Origin: Octopus bimaculoides
Lineage: Eukaryota
Assembly (NCBI RefSeq): GCF_001194135.2
Contig: NC_068984.1
Location: 58,397,490 to 58,448,612 of the forward strand
Direction of reading: 5' to 3'
DNA length: 51,123 nt
Shown here in pieces: positions 22,250 to 34,669 of this stretch. The position numbers were made by a program, and so were the translations under genes. The notes beneath the pieces were generated by a model, which had not been told where the DNA came from, ran no database searches, and worked only from the letters and a program-made list of their open reading frames with translations. How positions within the stretch are numbered: the first letter of the stretch is position 1; the number at the start of each line of letters is the position of its first letter.

Positions 22250-25200
22250 AAATCTTTATATTATTCAATGAAATATTTTATCAAATTTAATGATTTTTCA
22301 CATAAAACAATTCAGAAAATCAAATACATACAATAGAAAAAAAAATCAATAATATGATTACAACACTGGATCCCATTAAATCCAACAAAAGGTTCCAATA
22401 AAAAGTATAAAAATAAAAAATAAAATCATTGCATTGAGATCTCTTATAAAAGCTGATAACACTTGGAAGAAATTGGGAGTGTTCTTAATTTAAAATATGA
22501 AATACTTCAGTTTTAGTTTTTTTATAATTTTTTTTTTTACAATTTTATTTTGCCATGAGAGACAACCAATGAAATCTATATCTAAAAGGAAATCTTAATC
22601 ACAGAAAAAGAAATAATTATGACCAATTTGAAAGATAAAATACTATCAAGAAGTTTCAATGTTTTGTTTAGAGGAGACATTAACAAATGTTATTAACTGA
22701 CACTAACCAATGTTTCCTGATTAATTGATACAAATTAAATGTTTCTTACATTGATGAAAATATACAAAACTAAAAAAATATTTGCTTGGGTTTTAGTAAG
22801 TATTAAATAATGACAGCTTTCATTCAATGAGAAAAGAACAGATTTTACAAAACAGACCAGCACAATTATTCTTATATCACTGATTAATCTAAGTTGAAAT
22901 AAGCTAAATCTGGAGTAATCTCTGATGGTGTAAGACATAAGTGGAAATTCCTTAAACTGTACAAAAGTATTAATTCACTCAGTTCATTTGACTCAAGTTA
23001 AGGAAGAACAGTAAACTGATGCCATATAACAAACAACTATTAACATTTATACACTAAAATTGTTAATTAGTAAATATAGATTAAGATCTATTTTCACTTG
23101 CTTTGATTCTTAAAAAAGTTGTTTAAATTGTCTTAACTATCATAAATAATTGTCATGATTTTTCTTTCTAGTTTACTAACAAGATTAGGATTTTATATTT
23201 ATAATTTGAAATACGTTGTTAATGTTTAAATGACTTATGAACACGAAATAAGATCAAATTGACTAGATTCCATTTGTGTAATGAAAGTGAGGAAAATATT
23301 AGTTGAAATGTTTAGTTTACATAAATTCTTTTAGATAGGTTCTTACCAAACCCATGCTAGTGTGGAAAAACAGAAATTAAAATATATGATATTCAAATGA
23401 AAATAGATTGATCAAGAATATATTGTATGATTCCCTTTGTAAGAATATTTGAAACAGTAGCAAAATCTCTTGAATTATTTAAACATCATAAATTTTATAT
23501 CTGCTTTCCATATATCAGCTAACATAAATAATTTTTGATAAAGAGATCATTTGAAAATTTACCAATTAACAGTTTCAATGTCCAAAACAAGTACTTCTAT
23601 TTCAACAAAATTCTGTTAGATTATTCTTAAGAGCTAAAAAGAAAATAGGGGTTCAATGATAAGAGATCTGTGATATGTTTACAGACATTCAACGAGATTT
23701 AGGATCACAGAAGATCAGTTATAAGACATTTGAGGAAGCTATTATTGAAAGGAATTTGAAAACAGTAAGGATTTGCAATTCATCTCATACATACATAAAT
23801 GCATGCATGCAAAAGCATTTTAAGAATTTTATAGAAAAGCCAATGCAATAAATACTCAAAATTAAGTATTGATTGCACTACATCAATACTAAAATATGAT
23901 GAGGATTTCTATTATTATTAATTATCCATTGTTGTTATTGTTGAGACTAAACTAGAAGGAACTATTGAATAATTATAAATGGTTGTATCAGACAAACTAA
24001 GGAAAACTGAATAAGCAAAATGTCATTGCTGGATATTACTAGACAACTCGATAGTAAACAATTATATGTTTGGTATGAAAACATTCATACACTGTTAAAT
24101 ATTATGGACTATTTCAATATAGTAGCTAGAAAATGTTTCCTCACTGAAACTCGGATCCTGTCTGCAAAAGTTCAAATCATGTTCATTTTAAATGAGACTT
24201 GAATTTATTAATCTGTTGGGTATTCATACAGAATAGCAATGTTCAGAAAGCCAATGGAAAACGAAAATTAAACCCAGCTTCACAGTGGTTAAAAGCTCTC
24301 TTATTCATTTGTTCCCTGCCTTAAACTGCTACTATCTCACATAAAAAGTACCAGGTTATATAATGAACTATAAAGCGACGTTACTGCAACAAACAAATCA
24401 GTTGCTGCAGAAATAAATAGAAAATCAGCCATGATAAATATGATTGAAAACTGAACAGTAACATAACTTTACACATTGATGTGTACACTTAGCTTATCAC
24501 AAGTAAACTACGTTATGATCTGGATTTGAATTTATTTTTCGATTCCTAATAAAATATTATGAAATTGCAGAACAGTGGCTTTGAAAGGAATCCTAGCATT
24601 CTAAAATCTGTTTATATGTGTAAGCACGCACACACATACATATGTTTATACACATAGACACACACATATATATATGCAGATATATGTTTATATATATAAA
24701 CACATACACACACTCATATGCAAACATTTATATACACAAGCATCTTCAATCTTAAGGAAACATTCATTAAAATCTTTTAGTTATGTGAAACTTATATTAG
24801 TCTTTGACTTCTATATAACATGGAAGCCAAAATAGTAAAACATCATGATATGGAACTCCACATTACACCAAGATTTTCAGGGGAGCAAAGTTTCCATAAT
24901 GTGAGAATGCCCATATATATACATAAATACACACACACCATTTTAATGTCCACTTTTACATGCTGGCACAATATATATATATATATGCACACACGTGCAC
25001 ATATATGTATATATAAATACGAATTCAGACATGCGTATATGCTAATGCATACATACATGCACACATACTGTGTATGAATTATCATGCATATAAAAACATC
25101 TATGACTGTGTATTTGCACTTACATGACTATTTATGCACATTAATACACATATGAGAACACACTTTCGATATTCATTCAAAAATTTTATAATGCATAACA

Positions 25201-25951
25201 TGATATTCACTGACAGAATTTAAAACCTCAATGAATTGATTCTATAAACATATATATGAAATAATTAAAGTTAGTAACAGGTTACAAAACAAAGATGATA
25301 TGTAAGGGTTGAATAATATGAAAAGTTTAAAGCAAATATTAGCACTTTGTAGTTCAGTTGAGCTTTATAGTTATAAATTAATCTTCCCATGAAATAGCTG
25401 TGATGCATGATGTCTGTTGAGGAGTAATGAAAATTAATGGCCAAATAAATTATGAACTGTGATTTAAAACAATATCAGGATTTATGAATTTTTCAAATAT
25501 GCAATACATATATATATTATATTATATATATATAACATATTTTATATATATAATACATATATATGTTTACGTTATATGCATATTATATATTGAATATATT
25601 ATATATATCATTTATTACATATATTACATTATATATATATAACATTACATATATATTATAAACACTTTCAAGCTTAACCATTCATTGATGAATCACACAT
25701 ACTGTTTATTTACAAAGCCTCTGTCTCACACATTCAGTCATGGATGTGAAATAATCTGAGCAAATGTGAAAAGAACGTGGATTTCCTGAGAACATTGTTC
25801 ATGGAGAGAGAGAGAGAGAGAGAGAGAAAGATGAAATGAGATTATTCCATGACAACAAAATCATAGCACAGCAGATATCTGTTATTCTAGGCATGAGATA
25901 TTTGTGATATTTGTGATAACTGGGCAACAATTAAAACAGAGGAAGGTGTCC
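22250..25951 (-). other. Probable long 3' UTR of the PHD-SAM gene
   Basis: About 3.7 kb of very AT-rich sequence with no recognisable interspersed repeats directly after the stop codon; minus-strand AATAAA at about 22543-22548. The end point is a guess. Confidence 0.4.
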
Positions 25952-26104
25952 TTAATGCCCTGTACCATTCACATATGAACTCTGCCCAACAAGCTGAAGA
26001 TTTTGTACATGGGTGTACATTTTCAGTGCTGGACCTAATTTCAATGACAGACCTGTTAGGACATCACTTCTTTTCATCAACAGGAGAGATTTGCCGTCAA
26101 TCTC
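25952..26104 (-). CDS. Terminal coding exon: C-terminal half of the SAM domain
   Basis: ttttcag|[50 protein letters not shown]; closely resembles SAMD1 [30 protein letters not shown] as recalled. Confidence 0.95.
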   Translation of the reverse strand, partial: EIDGKSLLLMKRSDVLTGLSLKLGPALKMYTHVQNLQLVGQSSYVNGTGH

Positions 26105-28423
26105 CTGAAAAATAAATGACAAAATGATAAAAATGATAAATATATTTACAAATTGCAGTGGCTGATATAAAAATACCTTTATATTTCCAGAAAATATTAA
26201 CCTAAACATTTAAAATAACCAATAAATAACCAATAACATTTAAAATAACTGGAAGTTCCTATGGGACAACTTGTTAAGAGCCTTGGACCATGCCAGTCCT
26301 AGGGTGATGTGGTGGAGGAATAGGGTAGTTGACAGGGCCATTAGAGCCAAGAAACATGCTTGGAAGGACTGGAAATGTGGTGGTAGCAAGAAGTTATATT
26401 AGGCAGCTGGAAGGGAAGCTAGGAAGCAGGTATACTTAACCAGAAGTGAAGCAAAAAGGAAGAAGTTTGGCAATGTCTTACAGCATGAGGACGAGAGCCT
26501 TAAAGTGTTTTGGCTTGCAAGACAGTGTGCTAGGGAAAATGTGATGTGGGAGAGAAGTGTGTTTGCATGGATGATAGTTCACTTGCAGCTTTTGTCAGTT
26601 ATTGCATTCTTTAGTCACGAATCATTACTAATCAAGCAGATCAAAAGCAATCCAGTCAAGACCATCCCATCTATTTAGATATCTGGGATATGTAGTCCTT
26701 TGTGTTTTTAAGATAGTGGCATGTGAGCTGAGAGAGAGAGAGAGATTAGGCTGCTATTTCTAGCAAGTAATTGGCTTGTTCTATACCTTTTACCTTTGAC
26801 TTGTTTCAGTCATTGAACTGCAGTCATACTGGGGCACTACCTTGCAGTGTTTAATTGAACAAATCAAACCCAGTACTTTTCTTTATATAAAGTTTGGTAC
26901 TTATTTTATTGGTCTCTTTTGCCAAACTGTTAAGTTACAGGGATGCAAACAAACCCACACTGATTGTCAAGTGGTGGGTAACAAAAACACTCTCATAAGG
27001 TTTTGGTTAACTTGGGACTGTTGTAGAAGACACTGGGACAAGATGTCATGCAATGGAACTGAACTCAAGGCCACATATTTGGGATGGAAGCTTCTTAACC
27101 ATAGTCATGCCTGCACATATAATTAGCATTATTATTATATATTTGTATATAGTCATAAAAGTATCGTTGATTTTTCTGTAAAAGAACCTGGAATTGAACT
27201 TACCTGTTCACGAAAAGCTTCTGCTTGTGTTACAAAGCCAGCAGATTTAAAGAAATTCACAACATCATCAATACTCCAATTTGCAGCATCAGGATAGGGA
27301 CCTTGAAAGTCTCGTAACATTGGTAATGAGACAGGTTCTTCTTTAACACTGAAATCAGTTAAATAAAACAGACTCAAAATGATCTAAGTGAATTAGATGA
27401 GGCATCAACACTTTCAACATCAACATAATTTAATGAAATCAACTCAAATATAAACATTCAGTTTAGATAGGAATTGCATTAATAAAAGAACTTGAAACAA
27501 TCTCAAATTCAATGCATGTTAATATCTTCCTTTTCTCTGTTTTTAACGTCCACTTTTCCATGCTTGCATGGGGAAGACAGAATTTTGTTGAGGCAGATTT
27601 TCTATGACCAGGTGCCCTTCTTGTTGTCAACCCTCACCTGTTTCCAAGAACAGTAATATATCTCCAGGCATGTTTTCATGGAAGATCGGAAATGAAGAAC
27701 ATAGTTTACATGCCAGTAACATTCGTTTACAACTATCACACAATGTCAAGGCAAGAAGACAGTAACACACACACACACACACACAGAGGTTTCTTTCAGA
27801 TTTCATCTGCCAAATCCACTCCCATGGCTTTAGTCAGCTTAAGGCTATGGAAGATACTTATCCAAGGTGTCAAGCAGTAAGTGGTTGGGAAGCAAACTTC
27901 TTAATACACAGCTTAGAACAACATTATCCAATATATTCTTCTATATCTTTTTTTTTTAATGGTAGAGGGTTTATTTGAGGAAGGTTTGTCAGCAAGTTAT
28001 ACTTGGTCTAACACCCAAATAGAATTGCTTCAATGATGGAGAGGAGTGATTAAGGTAATGATGATGATATTTTGTCTTATGTGAAATGGCACTTATAATC
28101 TTTCATACTATAAACATGCTTTGTAAACCCTGCTTTGAAAACCATATGAAAGTAAACTAAATGCATTTAAAATATCAAATATGTTAAACTTACCATGGTT
28201 TGTCCTCAGGTTCAGGTTGAGCTGGAGAATCTTGAGGAGTTGGAAGACCTGGTGGGCTTGTTGTTTCCATGTTGTCCCGATGGTTGCCTAAAGTATGATG
28301 AGTATGATGATGTAAAAATTATTTTCATTATACACAACAGCTTTTGAGGAGATAGTAAGAAATATAAATTAGATGGAATTTATTGAAACGATTTCAAGTT
28401 GATAACAGACCATATATATATAT

Positions 28424-28459
<36 letters not shown>

Positions 28460-31400
28460 GTTTAACGTCCGCTTTCCATGCTAGCATGGGTTGGACGATT
28501 TGACTGAGGACTGGTGAAACTGGATGGCAACACCAGGCTCCAATCTAATTTGGCAGAGTTTCTACAGCTGGATGCCCTTCCTAACGCCAACCACTCAGAG
28601 AGTGTAGTGGGTGCTTTTACGTGTCACCCGCACGAAAACGGCCACGCTCGAAATGGTGTCTTTTATGTNNNNNNNNNNNNNNNNNNNNNNNNNNNNNNNN
28701 NNNNNNNNNNNNNNNNNNNNNNNNNNNNNNNNNNNNNNNNNNNNNNNNNNNNNNNNNNNNNNNNNNNNNNNNNNNNNNNNNNNNNNNNNNNNNNNNNNNN
28801 NNNNNNNNNNNNNNNNNNNNNNNNNNNNNNNNNNNNNNNNNNNNNNNNNNNNNNNNNNNNNNNNNNNNNNNNNNNNNNNNNNNNNNNNNNNNNNNNNNNN
28901 NNNNNNNNNNNNNNNNNNNNNNNNNNNNNNNNNNNNNNNNNNNNNNNNNNNNNNNNNNNNNNNNNNNNNNNNNNNNNNNNNNNNNNNNNNNNNNNNNNNN
29001 NNNNNNNNNNNNNNNNNNNNNNNNNNNNNNNNNNNNNNNNNNNNNNNNNNNNNNNNNNNNNNNNNNNNNNNNNNNNNNNNNNNNNNNNNNNNNNNNNNNN
29101 NNNNNNNNNNNNNNNNNNNNNNNNNNNNNNNNNNNNNNNNNNNNNNNNNNNNNNNNNNNNNNNNNNNNNNNNNNNNNNNNNNNNNNNNNNNNNNNNNNNN
29201 NNNNNNNNNNNNNNNNNNNNNNNNNNNNNNNNNNNNNNNNNNNNNNNNNNNNNNNNNNNNNNNNNNNNNNNNNNNNNNNNNNNNNNNNNNNNNNNNNNNN
29301 NNNNNNNNNNNNNNNNNNNNNNNNNNNNNNNNNNNNNNNNNNNNNNNNNNNNNNNNNNNNNNNNNNNNNNNNNNNNNNNNNNNNNNNNNNNNNNNNNNNA
29401 TGGTAGCAGGGCGTGTTAGAAATAGCAGCCAAATCTTTGGAGGTGAGATATGTTGAATGCACTCAAAAAAAAAAAAACTACGGAAAAAAATTATTTCACA
29501 CCAAGTTTATGGCCTTTTACGAAATATTTACCGTATTTTTAAAGTCATTTTCACTTTAAAATATTTTAAAAATATGCCAAAAAAATTTTGTAATGGTATT
29601 CACTTGAAAATAATTTAAAAAGACATTAAAATATTGTCTGTTTAAAGAAAGCTAAAATATAAATACTTACTGTCCAAACAACTTACATTTTTGGAATCAC
29701 ATTCACTTAAAAATTGTGTTTAACAAAGGCGAAAATAGAAACATTTACTGTAAAAAACAAATTGTATTTTTTCGTTGTCAAGTCTCTGTGACTAATCAAA
29801 AGGCAAGAGTTTCTTCCCTTTCAGGATGAAGTTAATTTCAGAGAATTTTCCTATTATGCACAATGTTGGGTATTTATACCCCGAAAACCTGGCCACTTGT
29901 CTGATTGTCTGGTTTTATTCCATTCATATTTACATTTCAGAGGAAACTTAATTCATAGTATTTTCTCATTATGCACCAGTTTGGCTGGGTAAAATTGCAA
30001 GCAAGCAAGCTGGTTTTTAATATATTATAGATATATCCATATTAAATATTTTAACAAAATTTCCTCCTAATTCTCATGTTACATATTTTGTGTTATCATT
30101 ATTTATTGATTTAAAAGGATCTGCAGACTGGCAGAATTGTCTAGCAATAGACTACAACATAGTGTTTTGTTACAACCCTTTCCATTCTGTAAAATTTTCC
30201 CAGAATCAATTTGCTTAGTATCCTTTTGGAGTAGTCAAAGTAAACACGAGGTAATTATTGAGGTTGATATAATTGACTATGCCCTACTATACTTTACCTC
30301 GAATATTTTGCAACCTTAGAAACCATTATTATTTAATGTCAACAAAGAGCATCATTATTAGCACTATTTACATCACTCAAACTTAGATCTTTGAATTTGC
30401 TTGTGCTATAATCCTGACAATACTCTCCAGGCTCTCTTTTAACTGCAAGTAGGCATCAGAGAGTAAAAAAGGAGTTCTATTTTAAAGGTAGGATATGAAA
30501 AAACATATTTTATATGAGCAAATGAAGGAACCTCTATGTAGTCGTTTACTAGAAATAAGAGCCAAATTTTCCTTAAATTATATCTTAGTGTTTTTAGAGA
30601 GGATGAGTATTAAGGATGTGATTATAAATGCATTGTATCTATAAATAAGACAGGATAGTCATAGCTGCAATGTGTTTGATGATAGATTTGATTGATCAAG
30701 GTGAGCTGGAGCTAAACAGTGACTACCATCATATTTTATAATATTGATTGAACATGTATATCTTTATATATATTTCTGAGAGGAGGAACTTTTCAGATTA
30801 TGTATTATGTTCTAAGTTGATTTTACCTTACATAAATTCTGAGATTGATAAAATAAGTACCATTCAAGTAACAGAATTGCTACAATCAACTTTTCCTTTC
30901 ACCCAAATTTGAGGCTTTGTGCCTATGAAACAAATCAACATTATCCATTATAATAAACCTTAATTCCAGTTAGAAATACATCTATTTTCAGACGTAATAT
31001 TCCCACTATTAATGGGTAAAATAAATGTTAATGTTATTGTTAATGATGTAGTTAGCCCCATATTAGCACATATTGAACAGATCTATAATCAAAGATCAGA
31101 TGAAACCATTCCTTCTTTTTGAATGTCATTGACTATACTGTCTGATATATCTAAGCTTCTTCATTTAAGATAGTAGGATGTGAATTCGGATGCTATTGAT
31201 GTGAATTTGGCTGTTATTACTAGCAAATCAAACGACTGAACAGTGACACTATCGATGGCTCTTAGAAGCAATATATGTTATCCAATAGTATAGATTTATG
31301 AGAAAGTCAAAAATCTTATCGACCATGATGTATATAATGTATAGACTTTAGAAAATTGAATGTTGAAGTAACTAGTACAGTAATTTATCACTGACTTACA

Positions 31401-34400
31401 AGATATAAAAATAAATCATTTACTTTATTAGATATTGTGAATATAAATCACCATTATACATATTGATTTCTTACATTGGCACAATGCCACAAACATAAGA
31501 AAACAGTGTAGGTAGTCAAATCAACTGCCTAGTACTTGATAGTTTTCACTCTAGTGGGATGGAAGTCAAAGGGGATCTTATCAGGATTTGTAAAAGGATA
31601 AAACTAAATATCATCAAGAATTTGTCTGACATTTTCTCCACTTTAAAATCCTCAGTATGTATTAACTATTGATTTCCTATTTGGGCAAATGACCAATTGC
31701 TGAAAGTGTAGAAGTGGGTGAAAATCAATTTAATATCACTATATTACTATTATATATATTTTTCTGTCCTCTATCCAAAGGCAACGGAAAACAGACTCAG
31801 CCCTAGCAAAATTTGAACATAGAGAAACAAATCAAATGTTACAAGCACTGAGGGAGCCTTCATATAGTCATTAGAAATAACAGCCAAATTTCCTCAACTC
31901 CTAGAGATAGAGATGAACAGTTAGACAAAGGTATATAGGAAAGAATCACTACTTGAGTTTGTTGTTTGACACAAAGTATTTATAGGAAGTAATTGAAAAT
32001 TATTACCATTGGTGGTTGGCATTGAGGTCTCTTCTGGAGTTGCGGTTTCGAATTCCATTGGCTGAGGTAGACAATTTTCACTTTCTGATGCACATTGACC
32101 ACACACCCACTTTCCTGCAATAAAAACAATCAACTTGGAGATTAATATAAAGAAGTTTCTGCCCTCTTTCATGTAAAACTCTCTCCCTCTCTCTCTCTGA
32201 CTGAGTAACCATGTACCTTCTCTACAGCAAGACAACTGCTTCTGTCTCACTGTCACACTCTAACCATTCCTCATCAGACACAAAATCACCTCCTCCAATG
32301 CCCCCTCCCCTCTCAAAAGTTCCTTGCCTTACAAAGTTATTTGGTGACCCTGCCAGTGCAGGTGTCACTTAAAAAGCATGCAATCCACACTCTAAAGTGG
32401 TTGGCATTTGGAAGGGCATCCAGCTGTACAAGCCATTGACCTTACCTATGTTGGTGCCACATTAAAAGCACTCAGCTCACTCTCTGGAGTGGTTGGTGTT
32501 AGAAAGGGTATCCAGCCATAAAAAAAACATGCCAAAACAGACACAGAAGTCTGGTACAATCTTCTGCCTGACCAACTCCAGTCAAACCATTCAACCCATG
32601 CCAGCATGGAAGAAGGATGTTAAATGCTGATGATGATGATGGAGTATAGCAAAACTGCCGAAACCTAAATTAGAGAAAAGTACTTTTTTTCACATTGAAG
32701 TGTTCTGAATGGTTCAGAGCATGTGCAGAAGAAAAGAGCGATAGTTATGCTCAGTTATATNNNNNNNNNNNNNNNNNNNNNNNNNNNNNNNNNNNNNNNN
32801 NNNNNNNNNNNNNNNNNNNNNNNNNNNNNNNNNNNNNNNNNNNNNNNNNNNNNNNNNNNNNNNNNNNNNNNNNNNNNNNNNNNNNNNNNNNNNNNNNNNN
32901 NNNNNNNNNNNNNNNNNNNNNNNNNNNNNNNNNNNNNNNNNNNNNNNNNNNNNNNNNNNNNNNNNNNNNNNNNNNNNNNNNNNNNNNNNNNNNNNNNNNN
33001 NNNNNNNNNNNNNNNNNNNNNNNNNNNNNNNNNNNNNNNNNNNNNNNNNNNNNNNNNNNNNNNNNNNNNNNNNNNNNNNNNNNNNNNNNNNNNNNNNNGT
33101 ATGTGTGCACGCTCGTATGTGTGCACGCACTTATGTGTTCATGCTTATATGTAAGTATGTGCGTCCATATGTGTGTTTGTAACAATATCGTTCATATCAG
33201 ATAAGATAGAGACTTTGGACTTGGTTTTGGTTTCCTTTCTGTTATTTTCTGTTTTCTTCGTAAAAGCATCTTTTTTATTTACGTTCACATTCTGTATTTT
33301 ATGTGTGAACAACGTCTAAAACCATGGGGTAATTGTAAGGCTTTTATCTACGTGTAATTGCTATTCAAAATTGGTCGTGTTTCCGTTATGAGGACTGACT
33401 CTTGTATTTGCCGTAGCGATGCTTTACCGGGGTGTCTAGACAGGATTTCTATGCTAATCCAGTCCAGTACACCACCATGTTGTTCTTTGGCATGCTGGTA
33501 TAGCACCGAGGTTTGTTTGTGATTCTTATAGTCCCGCCAATGTTTACTTACACGCTCAGCCAAACTTCTTGCCATTTCACCTATGTATGCCGTGTTTCCG
33601 TTTTTACAATCACCATCCATACAGCTTATTTTGTAAACCACATTTCTGGCTTTGCAGTTGATACCAGGACTATATTTGCACACAATGCAATTCTCAATGC
33701 GAGAAGTTTGGCTGAGCGTGTAAGTGAACATTGGACCATTTTTATGATACCCTTCTACAGGCTACCACAAAGACAAGTGGCAATGACCTCATCTTTGCGG
33801 CTGGAGATTTTAATGGGCATGTTGGACAGCAATCCAGTATCTTCACTGGTGTATACAGGAGCCATGGTATTGGTTCCCGAAATGAAGAGGGAACTAGGCT
33901 ACTGGAGTTCTGTGATGCATGTAGCTTAGCCAAATTCAATGAAGAATTTAGGAGGAACGAGTGGTATGGGATAACATAAAATCAGCAAGTTCAGCAGAAC
34001 ATTGGAGTAAGGGGATGTTTGTTTGGGGATTTTGCAGAGAAGAGGGATGCACTATTTATTCCTCTTTTAGGTATGTTGCTGGTGCAATACTTCAATCACC
34101 ATTCGTTTCAGTTATCTGCTGGAGTTATGTCATGGACAGAATCTGATTATGTCTGAGTGGAGTGTTGTTTGGCTGATGTGATCAGAAGATCAAATTTGTA
34201 TGTATAAACATATACAAGTACCTAAGAACATACATAGGTTAATGTCTAAGCATATGTTTGCACATTTACTTGCATGGACCAAGTTCTTAGCCCTTTGTTG
34301 GTCTTCTGTTGCATATAATTTCTAAAGCTTTTGTTTTGTTTCAAAGTAACTATCAGGAATCAATCCTTTTACATTAGTAATTGTTCCATTATTCTAGGTT

Positions 34401-34558
34401 TCAGATCATAATCTTATATTCTCATACTGCCTTCTGTCTATGTAAACCTTCAAACAAAACAGATTATAATGCTTACCTTTTGGTTTCTCATTCACACGTG
34501 GAAGATGGCATTTCATGTGATATCCTTTATCACAGGCATCGCAAAATAACATGCAGTC
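25952..34558 (-). CDS. SAMD1: Partial spliced gene: KAT6/DPF-type PHD finger plus SAMD1/SAMD13 (atherin)-like SAM-domain chromatin protein (5 coding exons, 193 aa, 5' part missing)
   Basis: Exons of 82+108+94+145+153 = 582 nt join with consistent phases 1,1,2,0 and no internal stop; all introns are GT-AG. The symbol is a family-level call from the SAM domain; orthology not tested. Confidence 0.85.
26270..26585 (+). mobile_element. RTE LINE fragment (EN-RT linker), intronic
   Basis: Degenerate [22 protein letters not shown]...EKCV motif. Confidence 0.7.
26790..26995 (-). mobile_element. Decayed SINE, intronic
   Basis: TTGTTTCAGTCATTGAACTGCAGTCATACTGGGGCAC...AAGTTACAGGGATG; inverted homologue of the 10545 family. 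Confidence 0.7.
27204..27348 (-). CDS. Coding exon: N-terminal half of the SAM domain
   Basis: atttcag|(C)[48 protein letters not shown]|gtaagt; phase 0 into the terminal exon. Confidence 0.95.
27535..27650 (-). mobile_element. Old (GAT)n-tail family fragment
   Basis: TTTTAACGTCCACTTTTCCATGCTTGCATGGG...AGGTGCCCTTC. Confidence 0.6.
27787..27913 (-). mobile_element. tRNA-derived SINE, intronic
   Basis: TTTCTTTCAGATTTCATCTGCCAAATCCACT...GGTTGGGAAGCAAACTTCTTA; inverted homologue of 4936-5095. Confidence 0.75.
28194..28287 (-). CDS. Coding exon: Pro/Ser/Thr-rich linker
   Basis: ctttag|(G)[32 protein letters not shown]|gtaagt; phase 1 in and phase 2 out, matching both neighbours. Confidence 0.88.
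28425..28668 (-). mobile_element. Young (GAT)n-tailed retroposon-like repeat, intronic, running into a gap
   Basis: Reverse complement of 21183-21413 with 3 substitutions in the 210-bp core. Confidence 0.9.
32007..32114 (-). CDS. Coding exon: end of the PHD finger plus linker
   Basis: ttattgcag|(G)[36 protein letters not shown]|gtaata; W-x-C-x2-C completes the PHD. Confidence 0.9.
32340..32640 (+). mobile_element. Old (GAT)n-tailed retroposon-like repeat
   Basis: GTGGTTGGCATTTGGAAGGGCATCCAGCTG twice; ends GCATGGAAGAAGGATGTTAAATGCTGATGATG. Confidence 0.75.
33348..33695 (-). mobile_element. Penelope-like element GIY-YIG endonuclease remnant
   Basis: NVVYKISC...[16 protein letters not shown]...[11 protein letters not shown]...[17 protein letters not shown], the GIY-YIG pattern typical of Penelope-like elements. 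Confidence 0.85.
33735..33930 (+). mobile_element. RTE LINE apurinic endonuclease fragment
   Basis: [29 protein letters not shown]...[16 protein letters not shown] (GDFN motif). Confidence 0.88.
34477..34558 (-). CDS. Coding exon: core of a DPF/KAT6-type second PHD finger
   Basis: ttttctag|[28 protein letters not shown]|gtaagc; resembles KAT6A [28 protein letters not shown] as recalled. Confidence 0.93.
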
Positions 34559-34669
34559 CTAGAAAACATACAATAAATCCATTATAGTTCTGATAGAGAA
34601 TATTTACAACTGTTAATATCAAACATATAAACTCATACAGTTGATTCTAGTTAGTACTTAGATGGGTGA

